Of a DNA stretch of 64,000 nt, positions 10,013 to 20,123 are shown piece by piece. The DNA comes from Thermoplasmata archaeon (GTDB lineage: Archaea > Thermoplasmatota > Thermoplasmata > Halarchaeoplasmatales > Halarchaeoplasmataceae). How positions within the stretch are numbered: position 1 is the first letter of the stretch; every line of letters starts with the position of its first letter. The stretch covers positions 3 to 64,002 of the forward strand of contig PUPH01000031.1 of NCBI GenBank assembly GCA_003553085.1. The letters run 5' to 3'. A model generated the notes under the pieces. It had not been told where the DNA came from and ran no database searches. It saw nothing but the letters and a program-made list of their open reading frames with translations. A program made the translations under genes and the position numbers.

Positions 10013-11434
10013 GGCTATGATCTCTATATCTATCCTCTGCCCCCATTCATCGCTTATGGAGAAATCCTCAGAATAGGTTTCTGTATATATCCTAAAGTCA
10101 TCATCGAGCTCATAACCCTCTTCCACAAGATTTCCAAAGTTCAGTTCATAATAGCCATTTCTATCTGTATCGATGGATATGGTTTCACCGGTTTCCATAT
10201 TCTCGATGCTGACTGTAACTCCTTCTGCGTGACCACCGCCATCATATCCTACCGTCCCATATACTAAATACGGTACCGGTGGATAAAGCGTTACATCGCC
10301 ATCTCCGAGATCAGTATCTGCCACCCTGCACTGGTAGATCAAAGAGTCATCGACATCTTGGTTTATCGTCATTATTTCATCGGGATGAGGATAGAATCCT
10401 TCCATACCCCATCCACCTGTATAGATTTCATAAACCAACCCATGAGCACCTAGTGCGTCGTAAGCCCAGTCTGCAGCCCCTCCGGGTGCACTGTAACCTA
10501 TCAATTCATGCGGCTGACCATAGACGTACTGGGAACTATCATCTCCAAGACGGGAAGTTTGCGAAGTCATATGACCTGCCATGCCTCTAAACCAATCGTC
10601 ATGAGGTGACGGAGAGCTTGTGTGCATATAAGGTATCAATAGAGAATGATGGTGACTGTGGATGTTTTGATATGATTGAATATCATTAGAGAGCATGAAA
10701 TCTCTCAAATATTTATTCTCATACTCGGAGAAGGGTGCTTCACCACGATAAGTGTCCGAACTCGGATCGGAAACTCCCTGCTCCCATGCTATATCCCAGT
10801 TCCTGTTAAGATCCACACCGATAGATGTTGTAGGGGTCGAGTCGTTAGTGTTCTTTCTCCACCCTGATCGTTCCTCGTAAACGCCGTCTCCATCATATAT
10901 GTAGCCATCTGGATTCTGAATCGGCATTACGAAGATCCTTCTATTGTTCAGTAACCAGTATATGGTTTCATTGGTTTCGTACTCATTGAGCATCCTCCAG
11001 GTTAGATAAGAAGCTACCTGGGGTCCCGACCATTCTCGAGAGTGCATTATCGCATCGATCAAGATCTCTGGTTTATCATCTACTTGAACGTCCTCATCGG
11101 ATGTGATCTCAAGGACCCAAAGGTCTCTACCTTCATAACTGTTCCCGATATGTATCTTTGATACAAGTTCTGGAAATTCTATCACGAGATCATCGTACCA
11201 ATCGTATAATTCTTGAACACTGGGGTAGTGATCCGGGAACGGATACTCAGATCTCTCGGCGATACTTTCATCCCTAGTATCTTCATTTAAGATATCACAA
11301 GATCTAGACTCATCTATGCACAGGTTCGTATAGATCGAATCGTCTCCACTCTGCACGACACTTACCGAAAAGATCGACAATACTAAAAAAACCGTTATCA
11401 TTAGAACGCCTAGCTTAGTTTTCTCCTCGAACAT
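8291..11434 (-). CDS. Secreted M14 zinc carboxypeptidase (paralog A). Domain order: signal peptide, M14 domain, carboxypeptidase-regulatory-like domain, shared 570-aa C-terminal cassette.
   Basis: N-terminal hydrophobic signal. M14 motifs IMHSREWS (HxxE) and NPDGY. GGAG Shine-Dalgarno 9 nt before the ATG. C-terminal cassette shared with the three downstream genes. Confidence 0.85.
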   Translation of the reverse strand: MFEEKTKLGVLMITVFLVLSIFSVSVVQSGDDSIYTNLCIDESRSCDILNEDTRDESIAERSEYPFPDHYPSVQELYDWYDDLVIEFPELVSKIHIGNSYEGRDLWVLEITSDEDVQVDDKPEILIDAIMHSREWSGPQVASYLTWRMLNEYETNETIYWLLNNRRIFVMPIQNPDGYIYDGDGVYEERSGWRKNTNDSTPTTSIGVDLNRNWDIAWEQGVSDPSSDTYRGEAPFSEYENKYLRDFMLSNDIQSYQNIHSHHHSLLIPYMHTSSPSPHDDWFRGMAGHMTSQTSRLGDDSSQYVYGQPHELIGYSAPGGAADWAYDALGAHGLVYEIYTGGWGMEGFYPHPDEIMTINQDVDDSLIYQCRVADTDLGDGDVTLYPPVPYLVYGTVGYDGGGHAEGVTVSIENMETGETISIDTDRNGYYELNFGNLVEEGYELDDDFRIYTETYSEDFSISDEWGQRIDIEIIAGEPPEISVTQPSGGETFDAGTQETISWSTTPGDNPVDHINLEYSVDAGSNWQTIDTNVADTGSYTWTVPNEHSSDCLVRVEAVDTAGRRGDDESASTFTIVGTPPAPPDNLEVQHTGGDTAILFQDDVSADKGYTTDVSGSASGSEWDIRQHGSSVGSNSWDFGDGQYHKSSGAGYISMLTSPAIEIPAEATEVELSFDHWRDLGFVTTMVDGGNLKLSTNGVNGNFDLITPNEGYDGEINDGFGNPLGGEPAWGSSVDWETVTFDLSAHAGDTIHLRWEAGIEEYDEDFGAGWRIDNVLVTAEGIPSEGDDHNLISWDASPDELTGDVSHYNIYRSESQSGPWDESTFVESVTADGSADYEHLDHDKGMSDDIFWWYVVRAVGTNGLEEDNENAVQEPGTETTTMDIQLTADADGWNFVSFNLIPDDTSLEAILEDPDNGIAGNYDKVMYFDSGSWYSYVPDRADHFNNLGTWDHTMGVWVQMNVEDTLTVEGIEPGTTTLTLEPGWNMVGLPSDSAGHHDLPTEVTTVGYFEATEEYNVAYVDSQGFEFSPGSGYWLYNDADENVEWTVDY

Positions 11435-11537
11435 TTTTTTATCTCCTATGAACCGACGATTAACTTAGCTAGAATTTACCGGGTTAATAAACGTTGGTTG
11501 CAAATTTACATACCTTCTTCCTAAAACCAACTATATT

Positions 11538-11570
11538 CAAAAAAAAAATAAAAAAAGAAAGAAGGGTTTT
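11538..11570 (-). terminator. Long oligo-T tract after the S8 peptidase stop codon
   Basis: The minus strand reads AAAACCCTTCTTTCTTTTTTTATTTTTTTTTTG. Confidence 0.55.
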
Positions 11571-13262
11571 TTAGTACTCAACGGTCCAATCTACTGTGTG
11601 ATCCCCGTCGTTGTACAGCCAGTAGCCTTCTCCAGGTGAGAACTCGTATCCGGCTGCATCCACGTAAGCGATGTTGTATGCTTGCGCAGGATCGAAGTGA
11701 CCGACCGTAGTTACTTCCGCCGGGAGATCGTGGTTCCCGGCTGTAGAGCTAGGTAGTCCCACCATGTTCCATCCTGGATCCAGAGTTATGGTCGTCGTAC
11801 CTGGTTCGTTACCTTCAACCGTTAGCGTATCGTCCACGTTCATACGTATCCAAACACCCATGGTGTGGTCCCATGTACCAAGATTATTGAAGTGGTCCGC
11901 TCTATCAGGCACATACGAGTACCAACTCCCAGAATCGAAGTACATCAGGCTGTCGTAGTTACCAGCGATGCCGTAGTCTTCGTGTTCAAGTATGGATTCC
12001 AGATCTGTGATACCAGGTTCTAGGTTGAAAGATACAAAGTTCCAACCGTCGCCGTCCCCGGACAATTGGATGTCCATTGTCGGTAGGGCATCTCCTCCAG
12101 GTTCCTGTACCGAATCGGTGTTCTCTTCTTCCATGCCATTGGTACCAACAGCTCTAACGACATACCACCAGAATATTTCATCAGCCATACCTTTATCCTG
12201 ATCCAAGTAGTCATAAGTGGCTGAACCGTCGGCGGTTAGACTGTCTATCAGAGTGGTTTCGTCCCAAGGACCGTTCTGGTCTTCGGAACGATAGATATTG
12301 TATCCACTGACTTCATCGGGGTCATCAGGACTGGCGTCCCATGTGATCAGGTTGTGCTCGTCTCCGTCGGAAGGTACTCCCTCGGCTGTGACGGATATAT
12401 CATCGATACGCCATCCGGCACCTCCATCAGTGGTCCAGTCTTCAGCTCCTGCATCCCAACGTATCTGTATCGTCTCTCCGATGTTATCCGTCAGGTCGAC
12501 TGTGACCTCTTCCCAGCCTACCGTGCCGCCCCAGGCATCTTCGCCCTCTATGGGGTTGCTGTATCCTGTGCCGATGGTATGGTCGTACCCCGGTTCCGGG
12601 TCTTCGATCAGATCCCAAGTTTCTCCATCGGTTGATATCTTAAGGTTAACTCCATCCCAAGTATCTGCGATATCTCTCCAGTGCTGGAAGGTGAGTTCTA
12701 TGCTGTCTGCACTCTCCGGTATCATGATCTCTGGAGATATCAGCCAGGCGCCTCCACCTACCTTATCGTACTGTCCATCACCCCAGTCCCAGGAGTGATC
12801 TCCTATCACAGATCCATGATCTCTGATATCCCATCCGACTAGACCGCCGCTTGTTCCGCTAATATATCCAAGGTCCTCGGATACATCGTCAGCGAAGAGG
12901 ACTCCGTCTCCTAAGCCTTCGTGCTCCACGACTAAGTTGGAAGGCGGTTCGGGAGGTGTACCTTCTATGGTGAACACGCCGCTTATGTCTTCACCGGATC
13001 TACCTGAAGTATCCCTCACATTAGCTCTGATCAGAGATTCTGTGCTCTGCTCGTTCGGTACAGTCCATGTGTAACTGCTGGTGTCCGGTAGACCAGACTC
13101 GATCAGGTTCCAAGAGTCTCCGTTGTCAACACTGTAATAAAGATCAACATGATCGACCGGATCGTCGCCTTCCTGGGTATTCCAAAGGATATCTTCCTGT
13201 GTATCAGCGGTGAGCACTTCTCCGCCACTGGGTTGAGATATCGTTATCTCCGGAGGTTCTCC
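11571..13262 (-). repeat. Shared C-terminal cassette, copy 2
   Basis: Begins PGEPPEITISQPSGGE and ends ...GYWLYNDGDHTVDWTVEY. Confidence 0.8.
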
Positions 13263-15476
13263 GGGGACTTCATCGACCGCGTTATACATGACCAAGGCAT
13301 AATCCTGCCCGGTTCCCACGACAGGATCCGGGACATCGTACCCGTGTATTCGGACGGTGTAAAAACCTTCCTCTAGGTCTGTATCGCGTATGAAGACGTT
13401 CTCAACATTATTCACATCGTCCCATCCATCTCCGTTTGAATCAAAGGAACCGTATGTGGATTCCCCGGGTTCGGACCAGCTTTCTACTAGATTGTTACCT
13501 CTATAAACGTCACCAGTGGGTGAAATAACTTCCAGATTCAAGTCGTTCTTCAACGTCGGGTCATCTCCATCCATAGCTTGTGAATCGGACCACACCAAGG
13601 TTATCCTTAAAGGCTCTCCATCGTCCTGGTACTCTATCATATATTCATCAACATCTCCGGTTGATAGGACGGAAGTTTCATCTACGAACACTGAATCTAC
13701 GGGTGGATCGACAATCTGTGGTAAGTTAACCATACCCCAGCCTTCATCCTGATTGGGTATATGAGGACTGTTTTCACCACCGTTGTTGTTTGCCAGATTG
13801 TATGCCGTATTTACCATCAAGGCCTTTACCATGGATGGATTAGGCAGGCTTCCGTAGTGGGTATCATACCAATCAACGATAACGGTTCCTGCTCCGGCTG
13901 CAGCGGGACAAGCCATAGACGTTCCCGACATAGAACCGTATCCTCCACCAGGCATGGTAGATTCCACGTTATCACCAGGTGCTACAACATCAGGCTTTAC
14001 ACGATTATCATTGGTCCATCCACGAGAACTAAAACCAGCCATGTTATCAGGATTACCTCCACGTGATCCATAGTTCTCAGTTGCACCGATGGATATGATG
14101 TTTTTACCGTTAGCCGGACTGCCGATAGTATTAGATCCACTCCCAGAATTACCGGCCGCCACAAATATGACCATCGGTTCTCCGTCACCAGCGTCTCTAG
14201 TTAGCATGTCGAATTCTTCGTCTCCTAAGGTGTATTCTCCTGCGGTTTCCGCACCCCATGAATTTGAGTGAACGTATGCACCGCTGCGGTCCCTGGCTTC
14301 GGTGATTATCCTAACATATGAATCCGTTGGACCGATCCAACTTCCTCCGCCATCGAATATCCTAAGTGCGAACAGGTCGGTTTCAGGGGCAGACCCCTGT
14401 CCAGAATAGTAATCCTCATAGACCGTTGATCCGGTCCCATGATATGTATCGCCGCCCACCGAGCCGGTACAGTGTGTTCCGTGACCGTGACCGTCGTTCC
14501 ATGAACCTTCAGCGTCTGTCTCGTCACCAAAATCATAACCTCCTAGTACTCTACCAGTGAAGTCTTGGTGACCTGCATTCGGAGTAGTCCCATCGCCTAA
14601 CCCAGTATCAGCCACAGCAGTGACTACTCCAGCCCCTTTATATCCTATCTGGTTGGCAAAGGAACCATAATCTCCGTGCTCTCGGTAAGCTGTATCTGGA
14701 TCATCGTCATCATCGTAAACCCATAGACCGCCACCTATCGTCTGGGTAGCCATCTCATCCCATAGTTGGGGTTCTACATAGTTTGATATATAGTAAACAT
14801 CGTTTTTGTTCGCGAGCTCCACGAATTCAGATTCATCTTCAACGACGGTGAGTAATTTGTTTCCATCGGTGGTCCGGATCCTAACCATACCCGGCTCTAG
14901 GCCTTCAGCGAGTTTGAAACCAGGTTGGTATATTCCGATCCAATCAACGAACCATAGATCCTCAACACGATCAGCAAGTTCGGGTGTCATAACTACCTCA
15001 AAAGCGAAGTTTGGTTGATAGTTTATTATCTTAACACCCATCTCCTCCAGCTCAGCTCTCCATGAAGAAGATACCGGTCCGAGCACATGTATGAGGTATA
15101 TTCCCTCTTCACCAGGGCTGTAGCCGTCGATGGTTAATTCCGTATCGAATCGAGGTAAACCCTCGTTTATATCGAATACGTGTCCCTTGATACTGAGTTC
15201 CGTCCTTCCGATCAACGGATTCATTTCCATACCCTGATTTTGTAACGTATTGGCTGTTTCAAGATCCATATCTACAAGAGCGTAATCTCTGTATCTATAC
15301 AAGATCTGGGCATTCGATCGTTTCAGTCTGCTTATTTCTTCGATACTTTGTATATCCACCATAAAGTACTCCGTACTATCAGATCCTACAGAGTTGAACC
15401 CCGTAACAACGAAAACTGACAACAGCAGTACTACTGCGGTGAACACACACAGCATCTTTAGAACTGTCTTTTTCAT
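11571..15476 (-). CDS. Secreted S8 subtilisin-like serine peptidase. Domain order: signal peptide, S8 domain, P-domain-like region, shared C-terminal cassette.
   Basis: Catalytic triad context DTGLGDG, HGTHCTG, GTSMACP and oxyanion AAGNSG. SD GGTGGAG 6 nt before ATG 15476. The ORF-track start 15488 is a GTG. Confidence 0.85.
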   Translation of the reverse strand: MKKTVLKMLCVFTAVVLLLSVFVVTGFNSVGSDSTEYFMVDIQSIEEISRLKRSNAQILYRYRDYALVDMDLETANTLQNQGMEMNPLIGRTELSIKGHVFDINEGLPRFDTELTIDGYSPGEEGIYLIHVLGPVSSSWRAELEEMGVKIINYQPNFAFEVVMTPELADRVEDLWFVDWIGIYQPGFKLAEGLEPGMVRIRTTDGNKLLTVVEDESEFVELANKNDVYYISNYVEPQLWDEMATQTIGGGLWVYDDDDDPDTAYREHGDYGSFANQIGYKGAGVVTAVADTGLGDGTTPNAGHQDFTGRVLGGYDFGDETDAEGSWNDGHGHGTHCTGSVGGDTYHGTGSTVYEDYYSGQGSAPETDLFALRIFDGGGSWIGPTDSYVRIITEARDRSGAYVHSNSWGAETAGEYTLGDEEFDMLTRDAGDGEPMVIFVAAGNSGSGSNTIGSPANGKNIISIGATENYGSRGGNPDNMAGFSSRGWTNDNRVKPDVVAPGDNVESTMPGGGYGSMSGTSMACPAAAGAGTVIVDWYDTHYGSLPNPSMVKALMVNTAYNLANNNGGENSPHIPNQDEGWGMVNLPQIVDPPVDSVFVDETSVLSTGDVDEYMIEYQDDGEPLRITLVWSDSQAMDGDDPTLKNDLNLEVISPTGDVYRGNNLVESWSEPGESTYGSFDSNGDGWDDVNNVENVFIRDTDLEEGFYTVRIHGYDVPDPVVGTGQDYALVMYNAVDEVPGEPPEITISQPSGGEVLTADTQEDILWNTQEGDDPVDHVDLYYSVDNGDSWNLIESGLPDTSSYTWTVPNEQSTESLIRANVRDTSGRSGEDISGVFTIEGTPPEPPSNLVVEHEGLGDGVLFADDVSEDLGYISGTSGGLVGWDIRDHGSVIGDHSWDWGDGQYDKVGGGAWLISPEIMIPESADSIELTFQHWRDIADTWDGVNLKISTDGETWDLIEDPEPGYDHTIGTGYSNPIEGEDAWGGTVGWEEVTVDLTDNIGETIQIRWDAGAEDWTTDGGAGWRIDDISVTAEGVPSDGDEHNLITWDASPDDPDEVSGYNIYRSEDQNGPWDETTLIDSLTADGSATYDYLDQDKGMADEIFWWYVVRAVGTNGMEEENTDSVQEPGGDALPTMDIQLSGDGDGWNFVSFNLEPGITDLESILEHEDYGIAGNYDSLMYFDSGSWYSYVPDRADHFNNLGTWDHTMGVWIRMNVDDTLTVEGNEPGTTTITLDPGWNMVGLPSSTAGNHDLPAEVTTVGHFDPAQAYNIAYVDAAGYEFSPGEGYWLYNDGDHTVDWTVEY

Positions 15477-15655
15477 GCTAGACTCCACCTGCTAAGTTTT
15501 CTCCTCAAAACAAAATTTTAAGGCTTTGTTTAATCATGCAATGTAGTTATACAATATAAAGATTTACATCAAGATGGCATATAGAACAAACTATTTATCC
15601 ATGAATCCACAATATATTAGAAACCGCGATTAAAAATAGAAAGGAAAAGATGGGT

Positions 15656-17377
15656 TCAGTAGTCGATAATCCATTCAACACTTTGGTCGGCGTCGTTGTA
15701 GAGCCAGTAGCCCTCTCCAGGTGAGAACTCAAAGTTCGACGGGTCATGATCGTAGGCCAAATTATATTCAACGAAATCATCAAAATATCCTATACAGCTG
15801 ACTTCTCCGGGTAGGTTATGATTTCCAGATGTTGAACTAGGCATACCGACCATGTTCCAACCCGGGTGTAATACAATATCAGTACTGCTCAGTAAATACC
15901 CTTCAATAGTCAATGTATCGTCTGAAGTCATACGTATCCAGATACCCATGGTGTGATCCCAGTCTTGGAGATTGTTGTAGTGCTCATCTCTACCAGGGAC
16001 GTATGAAAACCATTCATGGCTTTCAGCGTCGTAGTACATCACCTGATCATATCGTCCTTGTATCCCAGTATTTGGATCATTTAAAATTGCAGTGATGCTA
16101 GTATCACCATATAACGGAAATAAGTTATAAGATACAAAATTCCAACCGTCGGCATCGCCGTCTGCGTACAGAGGGATATCAAAGGCACCTATATAACCTG
16201 TTTCCTCACCAACATCGGTGTTCTGCTCTTCTAGTCCATTTACTCCAACAGCACGCACTACGTAACACCACCAAACATCATCGGCCGTACCTTTACCTAT
16301 GTCGATGTAACTGTAATCTGCTGAACCGTCAGCGGGTAAGCTGTCTATGAGAGTACTGTCATCCCATGGACCTGTGTGTTCATCCGAACGATAGATATTG
16401 TAATGGCTCACCTCATCTGGATCATCCGGGCTAGCATCCCAGGTCAATAAATTATGATCGTCTCCGTCACCGGAAACCTCTCCTGTAACTAAGATATCAT
16501 CTATCCTCCAGCCCGCATGTGTTGAACCATAATTGTCAACACCGGCGTCCCATCTGATCCAAACACTTTCACCTTCGTATCCGCTGAGATCAACGGTTAC
16601 CTCTTCCCAGTCTGTAGAATGTCCCCATGCTGGTTCTCCCTCAAGTGGATTATCCCATCCACCTTCTACCGTACCATCGTATGCAGGATTCGGATCAGTT
16701 ATGAGATCCCATGAGCCCTCTGGGCCGTCCGTCGATATCTTAAGGTTGCCGCCGTCCCATATTGAGCCATCATCTTCAAATTCCCTCCAGTGCATGAATG
16801 TCATCTCTATCTCAGTCGCATCTGTCAGATCGATCTCAGGTGTTATCAGCCAGCTGAGTCCGCCATTGCTGGGATCGTTATAGTTACCATCGCCGAAGTC
16901 CCATGAATAATCTCCGACTGCGGATCCGTGGGTACGGATACTCCACTCGCTGGCACCGTCAGTCTGTCCTGTGGTATATCCAAGGTCGCCGGATTCCACA
17001 TCATCCTCAAAGATGACTTGAGTAGCTTGTCCGATGTGGTCCACTATCAGATTAGAAGGTGCTGATGGGGGGATACCGTGGATGGCAAAAACGCCGCTGA
17101 TATCTTCGTTCCAGCGTCCCAAGGAATCTACAACACGGACTCGGATCTTACATTCCAAACTATCCTCGTTGGGAACACCCCAGGTATAACTTCCAGTATC
17201 TTGGATATCGCTATCGATGTTATACCATGAATCTCCGGTATCCGTGCTGTACCATATTTCTATACCGTCTATGGGATCTTCCCCTTTTTCAGTAGTCCAT
17301 GTGATGTCTTCTTCTTCGAAGGCATACCATTCTTCTCCACCTATGGGAGAAGTGACGGTTATGGATGGAGGATCCCC
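15656..17377 (-). repeat. Shared C-terminal cassette, copy 3 (most divergent)
   Basis: Begins GDPPSITVTSPIGGEE and ends ...GYWLYNDADQSVEWIIDY. Confidence 0.75.
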
Positions 17378-18376
17378 TTCTGCTACGGGTTGAGCTAGGT
17401 GTCCTAGGCTAGCGATAGCGTGCCTGGTCGTATGGGTTATCTGTGGAAGTGTGAGTTTGTCCAGCGTGTCATCTGCCGTGTGATAGTAGGGGCTAAAGAC
17501 GGTTTCTATGGACAGAGTGGCATTGTATCCCTCGTCCCAAAAGCTGGAATGGTCTGAACGCCATTCAGTGCTGTCGTACTCATAGGTGAAGTTGATTCCT
17601 ATGTTATCATAGGCCTCGCTTACATCCGCCTTGTAATCCAGCATCCAGTTGGAGGGCGTATTTGCGTGAAGTGTGATGGCCAAGTCAGGTTCCGCGTATC
17701 CAACCATATCGTAATTGAGTTTACCCAACAACTGTTCCTCCGTTTCATCGATGTTAGAAGCATAGTAACTGCTACCGTGCAGTCCCTGTTCCTCCGCACC
17801 CCATAGTGCAAAACGGATGGTACGTTCAAAACTGTATTGGGACATTATCCTCGCAGCCTCTATAGTCACTGCTGAACCACTGCCGTTATCGTCTGCACCA
17901 GGAGCCGCCCCGCCCCAATTGTTTATACTATCAAGGTGCCCGCCGATGATATATGTCTGAGGCTCTAGGTCTGGATTGGTTCCAGGATGTACCGCTATAA
18001 CATTCGTGCTGCTGTGCCCACCAGATGTGAAGTTCTGCATATAGGTATCTAAACCGAAGGAGCTAAGTTCTTGATATGCCCATAGAGCTGCATCATCGAA
18101 ACCACTGGTACCGGTTAATCTGGTCGGTACGCCGTTTTCATCCTCAAAACTTTGTAAAGTATCGATGTAATCATATATATTTGATTCTTCGACTTGATCT
18201 ATCATCATCTGTATCTGAGGATCATGTCCTGGAAACACAGGTGTATCGAGGATATACTCATCGCTTTCATGGTCTAAAATAGGTCCTCCAGAGGTCAAAG
18301 ATACTACCTGTGAGAAAACAGATAGCACTAACGATAAACCGACAAGAAGAACCAGTGATTTCATCTTTTTTTTCAT
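15656..18376 (-). CDS. Secreted M28 zinc aminopeptidase. Domain order: signal peptide, M28 domain, shared C-terminal cassette (divergent copy).
   Basis: M28 metal-ligand motifs GGHLDS, GADDNGSGS, EEQGLHGS and DMVG. Only 31 bp separate it from the upstream M14-B gene, with a GGAG SD in the gap. Confidence 0.8.
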   Translation of the reverse strand: MKKKMKSLVLLVGLSLVLSVFSQVVSLTSGGPILDHESDEYILDTPVFPGHDPQIQMMIDQVEESNIYDYIDTLQSFEDENGVPTRLTGTSGFDDAALWAYQELSSFGLDTYMQNFTSGGHSSTNVIAVHPGTNPDLEPQTYIIGGHLDSINNWGGAAPGADDNGSGSAVTIEAARIMSQYSFERTIRFALWGAEEQGLHGSSYYASNIDETEEQLLGKLNYDMVGYAEPDLAITLHANTPSNWMLDYKADVSEAYDNIGINFTYEYDSTEWRSDHSSFWDEGYNATLSIETVFSPYYHTADDTLDKLTLPQITHTTRHAIASLGHLAQPVAEGDPPSITVTSPIGGEEWYAFEEEDITWTTEKGEDPIDGIEIWYSTDTGDSWYNIDSDIQDTGSYTWGVPNEDSLECKIRVRVVDSLGRWNEDISGVFAIHGIPPSAPSNLIVDHIGQATQVIFEDDVESGDLGYTTGQTDGASEWSIRTHGSAVGDYSWDFGDGNYNDPSNGGLSWLITPEIDLTDATEIEMTFMHWREFEDDGSIWDGGNLKISTDGPEGSWDLITDPNPAYDGTVEGGWDNPLEGEPAWGHSTDWEEVTVDLSGYEGESVWIRWDAGVDNYGSTHAGWRIDDILVTGEVSGDGDDHNLLTWDASPDDPDEVSHYNIYRSDEHTGPWDDSTLIDSLPADGSADYSYIDIGKGTADDVWWCYVVRAVGVNGLEEQNTDVGEETGYIGAFDIPLYADGDADGWNFVSYNLFPLYGDTSITAILNDPNTGIQGRYDQVMYYDAESHEWFSYVPGRDEHYNNLQDWDHTMGIWIRMTSDDTLTIEGYLLSSTDIVLHPGWNMVGMPSSTSGNHNLPGEVSCIGYFDDFVEYNLAYDHDPSNFEFSPGEGYWLYNDADQSVEWIIDY

Positions 18377-18383
18377 TTTTGAT

Positions 18384-18387
18384 CTCC
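18384..18387 (-). promoter_or_regulatory. Shine-Dalgarno GGAG for the M28 gene, inside the 31-bp gap after M14-B
   Basis: The minus strand reads TAAATGAGCATGTATATATCCAAGGAGATCAAAAATG. Confidence 0.5.
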
Positions 18388-18407
18388 TTGGATATATACA
18401 TGCTCAT

Positions 18408-20123
18408 TTAATATTCGATCGTCCAATCTACATCATGATCCGCGTCGTTGTACACCCAATAACCGCTACCGGGCGAGAACTCGAATCCACTGGCATCGGT
18501 ATAAGCGACGTTATACTCCTCACTTGCATCGAAGTATCCCACTGTCGTTACTTCCGCCGGTAGGTTGTGGTTCCCGGCTGTAGAGCTAGGTAGTCCCACC
18601 ATGTTCCATCCAGGATCCAGAGTTATGGTCGTAGTACCGGGTTCGTTACCTTCGATCGTTAGCGTATCGTCCACGTTCATCTGGATCCAGACACCCATGG
18701 TGTTGTCCCACGTACCTAGGTTGTTGAAGTGATCCGCTCTATCCGGTACATAAGAATACCAACGTCCAGAATCGAAGTACATAACTTTATCGTAATTACC
18801 GGCTATACCGTTATCCGGGTCCTCAAGTATATCCACTAGATCGGTGCTGCCGAGCTCAAGATTGAAGGATACGAAGTTCCAGCCGTCGGCATCTGCGGTC
18901 AACTGTATATCCATGGTAGTGGTTTCTGCACCCGGTTCCTGCACCGCGTTTGTGTTATCTTCCTCAATACCATTGGTACCTACCGCTCTAACGACATACC
19001 ACCAGAATATTTCATCAGCCGTACCTCTTTCGGGGTCGATATACTCGTAACCTGTAGAACCGTCGGCGGTAACACTGTCTATCAGGGTACTTCCGTCCCA
19101 CGGTCCATCACTGGATTCAGCTCGATAGATATTATAGTGACTGACTTCGTCAGGATCATCTGGACTAGCATCCCAGGTGATCAGATTGTCTTCGTCTCCA
19201 TCCGAGATGATGCCTTCCGCCGTCACCAGGATATCGTCGATACGCCAGCCCTGGGCACCACCATCATAATCTTCGACTCCAGCGTCCCATCTAAGCCATA
19301 TTGAGTCTCCGGCATATTCACTCAGATCTACCGTTACCTGTTCCCACCCCTGAGAATCAACCCAGGCTGGCTCTCCTTCTATGGGATTTTCAAATCCGGT
19401 TCCAAGGGTTACATCATAAGATGGGTCGGGGTTTTCGATCAAAGACCATTCTCCGTTGGGATCCGCACTTTCCACGGATATCTTTAGATTTCCTCCGTCG
19501 TAATAGTTCGTCCATGAGTCATCGTAATCGAAGTCCCTCCAGTGCTGGAATGTCAACTCCACCTCCTCGGCTTCTTCGGGTATATCGATCTCGGGAGATA
19601 TCAACCAGCTGACTTCTCCTACTTTCTCATAGCCTCCATCGCCCCAATCCCAGGAACTGTCTCCGACTATGGATCCGTGGTCTCTGATATCCCATTCGTT
19701 CGTGCCTTCACTGCTGCCTGTGGTATATCCAAGGTCCTCCGATGCATCATCATGGAATAATACTTCTTGTCCTGAACCAACATGCTGTACATCTAGATTT
19801 TCCGGAGGGTCTGGAGGTGCGCCTTCGATGGTGAAGACATCACTGATGTCTTCTCCACTCCTACCTACCGTGTCTATTACGTTCAACCTGACACGACATT
19901 CCGTACTATCTTCATTGGGTACGGTCCATGTATAGCTTCCCGTATCTGCTACTCCGGATCCGATAGATGCCCAGCTATATCCATCATCTACACTGTACCA
20001 TAGATCTATAGAATCGATAGGATCGTCCCCCTGTTCGGTAGTCCAAGTGATATCTTCTTCAGTGCCCGCGGTGAAGGTCTCTCCTCCTTCAGGTCGGTTT
20101 ATGGTGATATCCGGGGGATCCCC
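18408..20123 (-). repeat. Shared C-terminal cassette, copy 4
   Basis: Begins GDPPDITINRPEGGE and ends ...GYWVYNDADHDVDWTIEY. Confidence 0.8.

Noticed and set aside
9557-10267. 236-aa plus-strand ORF, and many 60-170 aa plus-strand ORFs across 8.3-21.2 kb
   Set aside because: They are antisense to the four peptidase genes and have Cys/Ser/Pro/Arg-rich low-complexity translations. The minus-strand genes have clear catalytic motifs.
15477-15488. GTG start at 15488 for the S8 peptidase (MESSMKK...)
   Set aside because: ATG 15476 is preceded at 6 nt by GGTGGAG and gives a canonical MKKTVLK... signal peptide. The GTG extension would place the SD inside the coding region.
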